64,000 bases of DNA, from contig JAWUWX010000007.1 of NCBI GenBank assembly GCA_034111625.1, positions 25,360 to 89,359 of the forward strand, read 5' to 3'. Under the pieces are notes generated by a model. It ran no database searches and was not told the DNA's origin. It worked only from the letters and a program-made list of their open reading frames with translations. Below, piece by piece: positions 19,902 through 29,151 of the stretch (position 1 is the first letter of the stretch; the number at the start of each line of letters is the position of its first letter). Source of the DNA: Flavobacteriaceae bacterium. Lineage in GTDB: Bacteria > Bacteroidota > Bacteroidia > Flavobacteriales > Flavobacteriaceae. The translations under genes and the position numbers were made by a program.

Positions 19902-20088
19902 TTTTTATTTTAAGGAAAGAGAATTTGTTTGCAACGATAAAAACCTGGTAGATTAATCCATAAGTTTATTTTGTCATTTAGATTTTAGTATTATATATCT
20001 TAGCAATTCATATTGATTATAAAAACGTTAATTATTTGTTTCTAGGAGAGAATAATATAATAGTTTTTTTCTTTTTAATTTTTTTAAA

Positions 20089-21660
20089 ATGACACAATTA
20101 AAGTATGATTATGTAATTATTGGGAGTGGCTTTGGCGGCTCTGTTAGTGCATTGCGTCTTACTGAAAAAGGCTATAAAGTTCTTGTTATAGAAAAAGGGA
20201 AATGGTTTAAAGCTAAAGATTTTCCTAAAACTAACTGGAATTTAAAAAAATGGTTGTGGTTTCCACAAGTAGGTTTAAAAGGTTTCTTTAAAATGACTTT
20301 TTTAAATCATGTTACTGTACTTTCTGGAGTTGGAGTTGGTGGAGGTTCCTTAACCTATGCTAATACATTACCAATTCCAAAAGAAGAATTTTTTAAATCA
20401 GGAAGTTGGTCAAATCTTAATAATTGGAAAAGCCTTTTAGAGCCATTTTATGAAACAGCATATAAAATGCTGGGTGCAGAAACAAACCCAAAGTTAGATG
20501 CATCAGATTTAGCTATAAAGCAATTGGCTAAAGATATAGGTAAAGAAGATTATTTTGAAGCAACTAAAGTTGCGGTGTATTTTGGTGATGCAGGAAAAAG
20601 GGTAAAAGACCCATATTTTGAGGGAAAAGGACCGGATAGAACCGGTTGTATCCATTGTGGAGCTTGCATGACAGGTTGTAGATACAATTCAAAAAACACA
20701 TTAGACAAAAATTATTTATATTTAGCGCAACAATTAGGCGCTGAAATTATTGCAGAAACAGAAGTAGTAAATGTATTTCCAATTGGCAAAGAAGATGGTT
20801 CTGAAGGTTATAAAATTAAATTTAAGGTAAAACTTGGTAAGAAATCTAAAGGAGAAGTTATTACAAAAGGTGTTGTTTTTTCTGGAGGAGTTATGGGAAC
20901 GGTGCCATTATTATTAGAGTTAAAAGATAAAAGTTTACCAGATCTTTCAGATAGAGTAGGGAGTAATATTCGTACCAATAATGAATCATTACTGGTTTTA
21001 ACTTCCACAGAAAAAAATCATAAAAATTATTCTAAAGGAATTGCAATAGGTTCTGTACTACATACTGATGAAAATAGTCATTTAGAACCTGTTCGTTATG
21101 GTGAAGGGTCTAGTTTTTTCAGAACATTGACAGTACCAACCATACATAATAAATTCGCATTGTTTAGGGTTTTAGGTGTTTTTGGGATTATTTTAAAACA
21201 ACCTTTAATTTTTCTTAAAACGTTATTTGCAAAAAACTATGCTAAGCGTACAACAGTATTGCTCTTTATGCAAACTTTAGATAGTACCTTGCGTATGAAA
21301 AGAGGTAGGTTTACCAGAATGAAATCTGTTAAAGAAGAAGGAGAAGTACCTAACGCATTCATACCAGAAGCATTAACCTTAGGTAAAAAATTCGGTAAAA
21401 TGATAAAAGCAATACCGTATGCTAATTTTACCGATGTATTATTAGGGAGTCCAACAACAGCACATATCTTAGGAGGTGCAGTTATGGGGAAAGACTCGAA
21501 TCAAGGTGTTATCGATAAAAATTGCAATGTGTTTGGTTACAAAAATATGATGGTTTGTGATGGTTCTATGATTTCTGCAAATCCTGGAGTAAATCCATCA
21601 TTATCAATTACAGCAATATCAGAATATGCAATGAGTAAAATTCCAAATAAAGAATTATAA
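20089..21660 (+). CDS. GMC oxidoreductase, cholesterol oxidase (ChoD)-like
   Basis: GSGFGGSVSALRL FAD site, GVGGGSL, CIHCGACMTGC, TAHILGG and NPGVNPSLSI motifs. Confidence 0.88.
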   Translation: MTQLKYDYVIIGSGFGGSVSALRLTEKGYKVLVIEKGKWFKAKDFPKTNWNLKKWLWFPQVGLKGFFKMTFLNHVTVLSGVGVGGGSLTYANTLPIPKEEFFKSGSWSNLNNWKSLLEPFYETAYKMLGAETNPKLDASDLAIKQLAKDIGKEDYFEATKVAVYFGDAGKRVKDPYFEGKGPDRTGCIHCGACMTGCRYNSKNTLDKNYLYLAQQLGAEIIAETEVVNVFPIGKEDGSEGYKIKFKVKLGKKSKGEVITKGVVFSGGVMGTVPLLLELKDKSLPDLSDRVGSNIRTNNESLLVLTSTEKNHKNYSKGIAIGSVLHTDENSHLEPVRYGEGSSFFRTLTVPTIHNKFALFRVLGVFGIILKQPLIFLKTLFAKNYAKRTTVLLFMQTLDSTLRMKRGRFTRMKSVKEEGEVPNAFIPEALTLGKKFGKMIKAIPYANFTDVLLGSPTTAHILGGAVMGKDSNQGVIDKNCNVFGYKNMMVCDGSMISANPGVNPSLSITAISEYAMSKIPNKEL

Positions 21661-21810
21661 TATAAGAATCAACTAAATAGGAATAAAAATAATAATTAGA
21701 ATTAGTGTTTTAGTTATACTAGCATTTTAAGTTATCAATGTTAACAATCTGACAAACCTATAAGTGCAAACGGTAAAATATTAAAAAAAGAACTGTGCAA
21801 ACTATAAAAT

Positions 21811-23235
21811 ATGGAATCAATGAAAGATCTATTAGATTTAAATAGTCTAACGACTATTTTTGAAAAGCAAAAAAGTAATCAGTTTGCAGTTGCAAATCAG
21901 CCAATATCAGAAAGAAGAAGAAAACTAAAAGCGTTAAAAAAATCGGTAGAAGTTACTTTTAGAAGCGCAATACAAGATGCACTTTATAAAGATATGGGTA
22001 AGCCAAAGGCAGAAGTAGATTTAACAGAAATTTATCCTATAACTAGTGAAATTAAACATGCATTAAGTCATTTAAATTCTTGGACAAGCAAACAACGTGT
22101 TTCTACACCAATTGCTTTTATAGGTTCTACTTCTTCAATACAATATGAACCAAAAGGTGTTTGTTTAATTATTTCACCATGGAATTTTCCTGTAAACTTA
22201 ACTATTGCACCTTTAGTAAGTGCAATTGCAGCTGGTAATACAGTAATAATAAAACCTTCTGAAATGACACCTCACATTTCAAAAGTGATGAAAGAATTAA
22301 TTGCTTCCGTTTTTGAAGAAAAAGAAATCACATTAGTTGAAGGCGCTATACAGACATCAACAGATTTATTATCATTACCATTTAATCATATCTTTTTTAC
22401 AGGTGCACCCGCAATTGGTAAAATTGTAATGTCTGCAGCAGCAAAAAATTTAACATCTGTTACTTTAGAATTAGGAGGTAAATCACCCACAATTATAGAC
22501 GAAACAGCATCAATAAAAACAGCAGCTAAAAGAATTTCTTTAGGTAAATTTGTCAATGCTGGTCAAGTTTGTATTGCTCCAGATTATATTTATGTTCATA
22601 AAAGTAAACAAGAAGAACTGGTAAATGAATTTACAAAAATAATTAAATCTTTTTATGGAGATAATGCAAATAAATCTGAAAGTTACACCTGTATTGTTAA
22701 TGAATCTCACAAAGGTAGAGTTGCAAGTATGATAGAAAACGCAAAAGAACAAGGGGCAACAGTTTCTTTCGGTGGTCGCGTTGATGAAAATTCTAATTCA
22801 ATTGAACCTACTATTTTAACCAATGTTAAAATGAGTTCTAAGGTAATGCAAGAAGAAATTTTCGGGCCAATTTTACCGATTATACCTTATGAAAATATAG
22901 AAGAGGTCATAAATACAATAAACTCAAAAGATAAACCACTAGCACTTTATATATACAGTAAAAAAACTAAAAACGTAAATCATATATTAAAGAATACTAG
23001 AGCAGGAGGCTCATGTATAAATACGAATTCGGTTCATTTCTTTAATAATAATTTGCCTTTTGGAGGCTCTAATACTAGTGGTATTGGGAAATCACATGGT
23101 TTCTTTGGTTTTCAAGAATTTTCGAATGCTAGAGGTGTTCTAAAACAACATATACCTGGAGCTTTAGAAATGTTAATGCCACCATATACTAATTTTAAAG
23201 AGAGAATTATTAATCTAACAATTAAATGGTTTTAA
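21811..23235 (+). CDS. aldehyde dehydrogenase (class 3-like)
   Basis: PWNFP, KPSE, LELGGKSP, GQVCIAPDY, EEIFGP and LPFGG motifs. Confidence 0.95.
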   Translation: MESMKDLLDLNSLTTIFEKQKSNQFAVANQPISERRRKLKALKKSVEVTFRSAIQDALYKDMGKPKAEVDLTEIYPITSEIKHALSHLNSWTSKQRVSTPIAFIGSTSSIQYEPKGVCLIISPWNFPVNLTIAPLVSAIAAGNTVIIKPSEMTPHISKVMKELIASVFEEKEITLVEGAIQTSTDLLSLPFNHIFFTGAPAIGKIVMSAAAKNLTSVTLELGGKSPTIIDETASIKTAAKRISLGKFVNAGQVCIAPDYIYVHKSKQEELVNEFTKIIKSFYGDNANKSESYTCIVNESHKGRVASMIENAKEQGATVSFGGRVDENSNSIEPTILTNVKMSSKVMQEEIFGPILPIIPYENIEEVINTINSKDKPLALYIYSKKTKNVNHILKNTRAGGSCINTNSVHFFNNNLPFGGSNTSGIGKSHGFFGFQEFSNARGVLKQHIPGALEMLMPPYTNFKERIINLTIKWF

Positions 23236-23492
23236 ATTATTGAAGCAGAACAAATAAGTAAGGTAGTTTTAACAATTTTTTTATTAGTTTTAGGTATTTT
23301 GGAAGCAATAGGTGGTTTGTATTTTAATAATGATAAATGATTAAAAAATGATTATGCTATAGAAAGTTCTAAAAATAATGTTACTAAGTTTTATAAAACA
23401 CTATCTTATAAATTATATATCTAAAGGTATTAAATTATTACTATTTTTACAATCTATAAATATACAATTAGCAAAAATATATCATAAATACT

Positions 23493-24500
23493 ATGTATAA
23501 TTCAAAAATAACAGGACTTGGGTATTATGTTCCAGAAAATGTTGTGACCAACAATGATTTAAAAGAATTCATGGATACTTCTGATGAATGGATTCAAGAA
23601 AGAACAGGAATTAAGGAAAGAAGATGGATAGATCCGAAAACTGGAGACACGACCTCTGTAATGGGTGTAAAAGCAGCTAAAATAGCTATTGAACGTTCTG
23701 GATTGACCAAAGATGATATTGATTTTATCGTGTTTGCAACCTTAAGTCCAGACATGTATTTTCCTGGGGGCGGAGTTCAAGTCCAAGACATGCTTGATAT
23801 GCCAACCATTGGTGCTTTAGACGTAAGAAATCAATGTTCAGGTTTTATTTATGCAATGTCAGTTGCGGATCAATTTATTAAAACGGGAATGTATAAAAAC
23901 ATTCTAGTAATTGGTGCAGAAAATCATTCAGGAGGATTGGAACGATCCACTAGAGGTAGAAATGTTACTGTAATTTTTGGAGATGGAGCAGGAGCTGCAG
24001 TATTGTCTAGAAGTGAAGAAAAAGGAAAAGGTATATTATCTTCTCATCTTCATTCAGAAGGTAAACATGCTAAAGAACTCGTATTAGAAGGTCCTTCTAC
24101 TGGACATTGGGTGCCAGAAATTTTAGAAAAAAATGATCCTAATGATGTTTCTTACTATCCATATATGAATGGACAGTTTGTTTTTAAACATGCAATAGGT
24201 CGTTTCTCAGAGGCTATTATGGAAGGGTTAGAAGCCAATAATCTACAGAAAAGTGATATTGACATGTTGATTCCACATCAAGCGAATTTACGTATTGCGC
24301 AATTTATCCAAAAGAAATTCCAATTAAGTGATGAGAAAGTATACAATAATATCATGAAGTATGGGAATACAACGGCTGCTTCAGTTATTATTGCATTAAC
24401 AGAGGCTTGGGAAAAGGGTAAAATAAAAGATAATGATTTAGTAGTATTAGCAGCTTTTGGAAGTGGATTTACTTGGGGAAGTGTGATTATTCGCTGGTAA
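23493..24500 (+). CDS. fabH: 3-oxoacyl-ACP synthase III family protein
   Basis: NQCSGF, FGDGAGA, PHQAN, YGNT and AFGSGFTWG motifs. Confidence 0.93.
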   Translation: MYNSKITGLGYYVPENVVTNNDLKEFMDTSDEWIQERTGIKERRWIDPKTGDTTSVMGVKAAKIAIERSGLTKDDIDFIVFATLSPDMYFPGGGVQVQDMLDMPTIGALDVRNQCSGFIYAMSVADQFIKTGMYKNILVIGAENHSGGLERSTRGRNVTVIFGDGAGAAVLSRSEEKGKGILSSHLHSEGKHAKELVLEGPSTGHWVPEILEKNDPNDVSYYPYMNGQFVFKHAIGRFSEAIMEGLEANNLQKSDIDMLIPHQANLRIAQFIQKKFQLSDEKVYNNIMKYGNTTAASVIIALTEAWEKGKIKDNDLVVLAAFGSGFTWGSVIIRW

Positions 24501-24523
24501 TTTTATTAATAATATATAAAATT

Positions 24524-24555
24524 AAAATCCAAGTCTTGAGACCTGGATTTTTTTT
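24524..24555 (+). terminator. intrinsic terminator after fabH
   Basis: AAAATCCA.GTC / GAC.TGGATTTT stem with T-run. Confidence 0.7.
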
Positions 24556-24706
24556 GTGCAGAAAACTTATATTCTCAAAAAAGAAAACAACATCATCTTG
24601 AGAATATTCAATAATTATACTTTATAAAATCAAGAAATAAGTTTCTTGTTGTCAATACTCAAAAACAGTGATTTTTATATCTAACGGAAAACCTGAGGTA
24701 CTAAAA

Positions 24707-24829
24707 AGATAAAAGCCTTCAAATTGCTTCGAAGGCTTTCTATTAAATAATTTAAAGAACCCCAAATACTCTAAATCATTCAATTTCTTTGTTAATAACA
24801 ATAATGGATTAATACATTATCGTTATTAC
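24707..24829 (-). ncRNA. candidate orphan small RNA (~120 nt, three hairpins)
   Basis: Own -7 promoter TATATTTG (24841-24834), two hairpins and a terminator whose non-canonical pairs are G-U only on the minus strand; no ORF. Confidence 0.55.
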
Positions 24830-24929
24830 ATATCAAATATACTAAAGAATAAAATTCATTATAAATTTTTTAAGTAAAACAACTTAATATCACGGAAAAC
24901 CATTAGAAGGAAATAATTGTGTTTTAGTC

Positions 24930-24966
24930 AAAAAAAAGAGGCTATACAACTAGTATATAACCTCTT
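24930..24966 (-). terminator. intrinsic terminator of the TonB-dependent receptor gene
   Basis: Minus strand AAGAGGTTATAT / GTATAGCCTCTT followed by a T-run. Confidence 0.75.
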
Positions 24967-24990
24967 AATCAACCTAACTAACTATTTTCT

Positions 24991-27423
24991 TTATAAGAAA
25001 CCTCCGCCTCCTTGTTTTTCATTGTTATCTCTGTTTTTTCTACTTAAAGCTTTATTTTTTCCTGAACCAAATCGGTACATAAAGCCTAAATAAGCAGTCC
25101 TGCTTTCCCAATTGAATTGCCCTGTTGATGGATAAGGATTTTCAGATTTAAATGCAAATTTCATTGTTTTGAAAATATCGTTTGCACGTAAACTAAACGT
25201 TCCTTTTCCTTTTAAAACATTTAAACTAGCTCCAGTATTTATCATCCACATTGGTTCAACTTCAAATTGGATACTTCTTCCGCCACCACGATACATAGTG
25301 AATAATTGAAGTCTTAAATTTTTTGATACAGTAAAACTATTGCTTAAACGTGCATTGAACGCATTATTAGTTATTTCAAGATCATTTCCATTGGCAGTTC
25401 CAGATTCTTTTTGAACATATAAATCTACACTTGCATTGGCTCTCCACCATTTAGCAAATTTATAGTTTGAAGAAAATTCAACACCATATCTATTATTACT
25501 ATCTGTATTAAAGAAAGAAAGTAAAACCTTGTCGTTATCAAGAGGGTCAATATTTAAAATTCTAGTAATATTATCATTTACTCTTCTATAAAATGTCCCA
25601 AAAGTTATAGATCCATTATTAATTTGTCTTGAATAATTAAATTCAAATGAATTTGTGAATTGAGGATTTAATTCAGGGTTACCAACAGATGTGATTCTTG
25701 GAGTGCTCCATTCTCTAATTGGGTTTACTTGTCCTATAGATGGTCTATCTACCCTATGACTATAACTCACTTGAAATTGATTTTTTTCGCTAGGATTATA
25801 TGTGAAAAATGCAGAAGGATATATTGAGAATATCTTGTCAGTAACAATTTGATTTTCTGTCCCTTTTTCAAATGCTCCATCAACTTCGTATTGCTCAAAT
25901 CTTGCACCAACTTGAAGTGTTATTTTGTCAAATTTATGTCCGTACGTAGCATAAGCTGAATAGATATCTCTATTGTATTCAAATGCTGAATTAGGTGATT
26001 GTCTTTCAATAAAGCCACCATTTCCATCAGGAGCAAATTCAGATTGATTAGTTACATTAAAATTTTCGGATTGATTTGTTCTTATTTCAGCTCCCAATTC
26101 TAATTTTCCATTTTTTGAAACAGGATTTGTATAGTCAATATTGAACAAGTGATTCGTTCGAGAATTAATAATACCATTCGTGTAATTGTTGAATAGATCA
26201 GTCAGGTCAACAAGATCGCTATTCTCTGCATCTTCAGGGCTATGAGAATCTGAATAATTATATTCGAATTCTAGGTTGTGACCTTCTTTAGTAAATTCTG
26301 TTTTGTAGTTGATATTATATGTTTGGCTATCACTTTCACTATCAGAATAATTAAAACTATCAGCAGCTAAAATTCCATCATCAGAAATTCTAGCAGAACC
26401 ATCAGTAATATTGTCTGATATGTTTTGAATTGTATAAACTGACAATGTATTTTTTTTATTTAAATAAATATCAGCACCAAACTTTAATAGGTGAGAAGTT
26501 CTATCATCATCAAAATTAAATTCTTGTAATGAATTATTGTCAGACCTTCTCACATTTCCAAAATTGTCACTTTTCCCAGCATTGTAACCATAATTAGTAT
26601 AGAAATTCACTTTCCCAGTTTTATAATTCATATCCAATGAACCATTGAAACGAGTATTTTCTCCTTGTGTAATTCCTGTATTAATACTTCCGTTAAACCC
26701 TTGATTGGCATTCTTGTGAAGAATGATATTGATCATTCCACTCATTCCTTCAGGATTATATTTTGCTGAAGGATTGGTAATTAATTCCACTTGTTTTATT
26801 GATGTAGAAGGAATTTGTTTTAATAATTGTGCTGCACTGATATTGGTAGGTTTTCCATCCACAAGAACACGTACATTCTCGTTTCCTCGTAAACTGATTC
26901 CTCCAGTCTGTGAATCTACATTTACAGAAGGAACATTATTCAATAGTTCAGAAGCAGTGGTTCCCGCGGAAGTTAAATCTTTCCCTACGTTGATGACTTT
27001 TCTGTCAATCTTCTGAACAATAGTTGAGGTTTCACCTATAACGGTTATTTCATCAAGTTGTGCTGCATCAATAGTCAATCCAATTGTTCCGAAGTTTTGC
27101 TTGGATGATTCTTTCGTTAATAATGTTTTTTTAAGTTCTGTTTTATAGCCGATAAATTGAACTTCAACTTGATGTTCTCCAAGTGGAATTTGATTTATTT
27201 CAAATTGTCCATTGCCATCAGTAATTCCACCTGTTATGATATCGTTTGCAGTATTTTTTATTACAATGCTTACATATGGAAGAGCTTCTTGGTTACTTGC
27301 ATCAACAACTTTTCCAGTGATTATTCCATTTTTTGGAGGTTGTGAAAATGCAGTTATGCATGTGAAGATCATAAAAATTGTTAATATATTTTTCATGCTT
27401 TTTATTTTGTTAGTTTTTAACAT
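24991..27423 (-). CDS. TonB-dependent receptor / outer-membrane beta-barrel with carboxypeptidase-regulatory-like N-domain
   Basis: ITGKVVD N-domain, plug motif ELITNPSAKYNPEG, GNPELNP, C-terminal barrel strands. Real start may be ATG 27396 (MKNILTIF). Confidence 0.9.
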   Translation of the reverse strand: MLKTNKIKSMKNILTIFMIFTCITAFSQPPKNGIITGKVVDASNQEALPYVSIVIKNTANDIITGGITDGNGQFEINQIPLGEHQVEVQFIGYKTELKKTLLTKESSKQNFGTIGLTIDAAQLDEITVIGETSTIVQKIDRKVINVGKDLTSAGTTASELLNNVPSVNVDSQTGGISLRGNENVRVLVDGKPTNISAAQLLKQIPSTSIKQVELITNPSAKYNPEGMSGMINIILHKNANQGFNGSINTGITQGENTRFNGSLDMNYKTGKVNFYTNYGYNAGKSDNFGNVRRSDNNSLQEFNFDDDRTSHLLKFGADIYLNKKNTLSVYTIQNISDNITDGSARISDDGILAADSFNYSDSESDSQTYNINYKTEFTKEGHNLEFEYNYSDSHSPEDAENSDLVDLTDLFNNYTNGIINSRTNHLFNIDYTNPVSKNGKLELGAEIRTNQSENFNVTNQSEFAPDGNGGFIERQSPNSAFEYNRDIYSAYATYGHKFDKITLQVGARFEQYEVDGAFEKGTENQIVTDKIFSIYPSAFFTYNPSEKNQFQVSYSHRVDRPSIGQVNPIREWSTPRITSVGNPELNPQFTNSFEFNYSRQINNGSITFGTFYRRVNDNITRILNIDPLDNDKVLLSFFNTDSNNRYGVEFSSNYKFAKWWRANASVDLYVQKESGTANGNDLEITNNAFNARLSNSFTVSKNLRLQLFTMYRGGGRSIQFEVEPMWMINTGASLNVLKGKGTFSLRANDIFKTMKFAFKSENPYPSTGQFNWESRTAYLGFMYRFGSGKNKALSRKNRDNNEKQGGGGFL

Positions 27424-27429
27424 ATGATG

Positions 27430-27459
27430 ATAAGACTGTCATGAAAAAAATCTGTTACA
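27430..27459 (-). promoter_or_regulatory. ECF-type promoter TGTAACA-N16-GTCTTAT
   Basis: Matches the promoter of the ECF sigma gene (TGTAACC-N17-GTCTTAT). Confidence 0.55.
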
Positions 27460-27525
27460 TTTTTTAACACAGTTTAACATTGCTTTAACAAAAGCAAGAA
27501 AAATAAAATTTATAAGGCGATGAAA

Positions 27526-28443
27526 CTAAGGGATTATGAAAGTTTTCCCTTCTTTGGCTAAATGAGTATTTGAAAAAATAGTTGAAGCTTCTTTTTTAAA
27601 TTCATTCAGATCTTCATATCTGCTAGAATAATGACCAAGGATTAACTTGCCTACATTGGCAAGTAGAGCAATTTGTGCAGCTTGTTTCGCAGTGCTGTGT
27701 TTGGTAGATTTTGCCAAGTCTTCTCTGTCATCTAAAAAAGTAGATTCATGGTATAATAAGTCAGAATTTTCAATGATTTTAGCAATTTCAGGCTTGAAGG
27801 CTGTATCACTGCAATACGCATAACTCAATGGTTTATGAGGATCATGAGTTAGTGAATCATTAGAAATAATAGAGTCGTTATTAAGAACGAAATTTTTTCC
27901 ATTTTTCAAATTTTGATAATCACATATTTCAATTTCTTGATGTTTTTTTACTGCATTCATATTGAGTTTTCGATCCCCTATTTTTTCTTTAAATAAAAAC
28001 CCGTTGGTATAGATTCGATGCTTGAGTGGTATCGTGTATACTTTTACTTTTTTATCTTCATATATTAATTCACTCTCTTTTGAGTCAAGTTCATGAAACT
28101 CTATAGGATAATTGGCATATGATTTGGAAAGTTTCAATTGTACACAAATAAATTCTTTAATTCCTACAGGACCATAAACGTGTAATTCAGTTTCTCTGTT
28201 TAGTAACCGAAAAGTTGAAATAAGACCTATCAGTCCAAACACATGATCACCATGTAAATGTGAAATGAAAATATGTTTTATTTTTGAAAATTTTACTTTG
28301 TATTTTCTCAATCGAACTTGTGTCCCTTCTCCGCAATCTATAAGAAATGCATGGTTTTTTATTTCTAGAAGTTGTGAAGTTGTATGAGTAGTTGCGCTTG
28401 GTATAGCACTATGGCAGCCTAAAATTGTTAATTTCAAACTCAT
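27526..28443 (-). CDS. rnz: ribonuclease Z
   Basis: DCGEGTQ, SHLHGDH, CSDT, HESTF, HST and GHYSSRY motifs. Confidence 0.95.
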   Translation of the reverse strand: MSLKLTILGCHSAIPSATTHTTSQLLEIKNHAFLIDCGEGTQVRLRKYKVKFSKIKHIFISHLHGDHVFGLIGLISTFRLLNRETELHVYGPVGIKEFICVQLKLSKSYANYPIEFHELDSKESELIYEDKKVKVYTIPLKHRIYTNGFLFKEKIGDRKLNMNAVKKHQEIEICDYQNLKNGKNFVLNNDSIISNDSLTHDPHKPLSYAYCSDTAFKPEIAKIIENSDLLYHESTFLDDREDLAKSTKHSTAKQAAQIALLANVGKLILGHYSSRYEDLNEFKKEASTIFSNTHLAKEGKTFIIP

Positions 28444-28793
28444 TTAATAACCAGCCTTTTAGAGGTGATTCCTGAGTCAGATTGTATAGAGTAAATATAC
28501 ATTCCAGTATCAAGATTATTTTTATAAAAAAAGATGGATTTATTCCCTCTTTTTGAAACAAATTCTTGTTGAAATACTGTCTTTCCTAATAAGTTTTTCA
28601 CTGTCAAAATTACATTTTGATCAACAGAAGAGTAGAAAGAGATTTTAGTATGATTTATAAGCGGATTAGGAGATGCAGAAACATTTTTAATAGTTTTTTC
28701 AATATAAGAATTGTGACTTCTTATTTGATTTTGCTGGGCAAAAACAAAAGAAGACAATAATAGGGTTGCTATTAAAAGTAGTTTTTTCATCAA
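28440..28793 (-). CDS. T9SS type A C-terminal sorting domain protein
   Basis: Signal peptide, SPNP, NLLGK, LDTGMYIYSI and KRLVIK C-terminus. Confidence 0.85.
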   Translation of the reverse strand: MMKKLLLIATLLLSSFVFAQQNQIRSHNSYIEKTIKNVSASPNPLINHTKISFYSSVDQNVILTVKNLLGKTVFQQEFVSKRGNKSIFFYKNNLDTGMYIYSIQSDSGITSKRLVIK

Positions 28794-28811
28794 TAAGCGT
28801 AAAAATTTATT

Positions 28812-29147
28812 TTAAAAACCCATTAAATCTCGTTCTATAATGTCCATTTCAAGAATATCTATTGCTTCTGTTAAAGTCGGAACGATATTAATTTCATCTG
28901 GAATGTCATCAATATCAATTCCATTAACTATTACTACAAATGATGTGCCATTTTCACGTTTTTCATTTGCTATATCCAAAAATAACTGAATTTCTTTTAT
29001 TGAAATGTTAATTTTATCAGAAAAATGAATTAATAAATGTTGGTTTTTTAAAGAATTAAATTTACGTTGGAAGTTTTGAAAGAATTTTTCAAAATTATCT
29101 TCGTCGGGAATAAGTAATGAATAATTATCTTTTTTTTCAATAAGCAT
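28812..29147 (-). CDS. small STAS-like hypothetical protein upstream of rnz
   Basis: C-terminal IVPTLTEAIDILEMDIIERDL typical of Bacteroidota STAS-like proteins. Confidence 0.7.
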   Translation of the reverse strand: MLIEKKDNYSLLIPDEDNFEKFFQNFQRKFNSLKNQHLLIHFSDKINISIKEIQLFLDIANEKRENGTSFVVIVNGIDIDDIPDEINIVPTLTEAIDILEMDIIERDLMGF

Positions 29148-29151
29148 TTTT

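Noticed and set aside
24568-24606. Inverted repeat TATTCTCAA...TTGAGAATA
   Set aside because: 9-bp AT-rich arms with a long loop and no associated feature.
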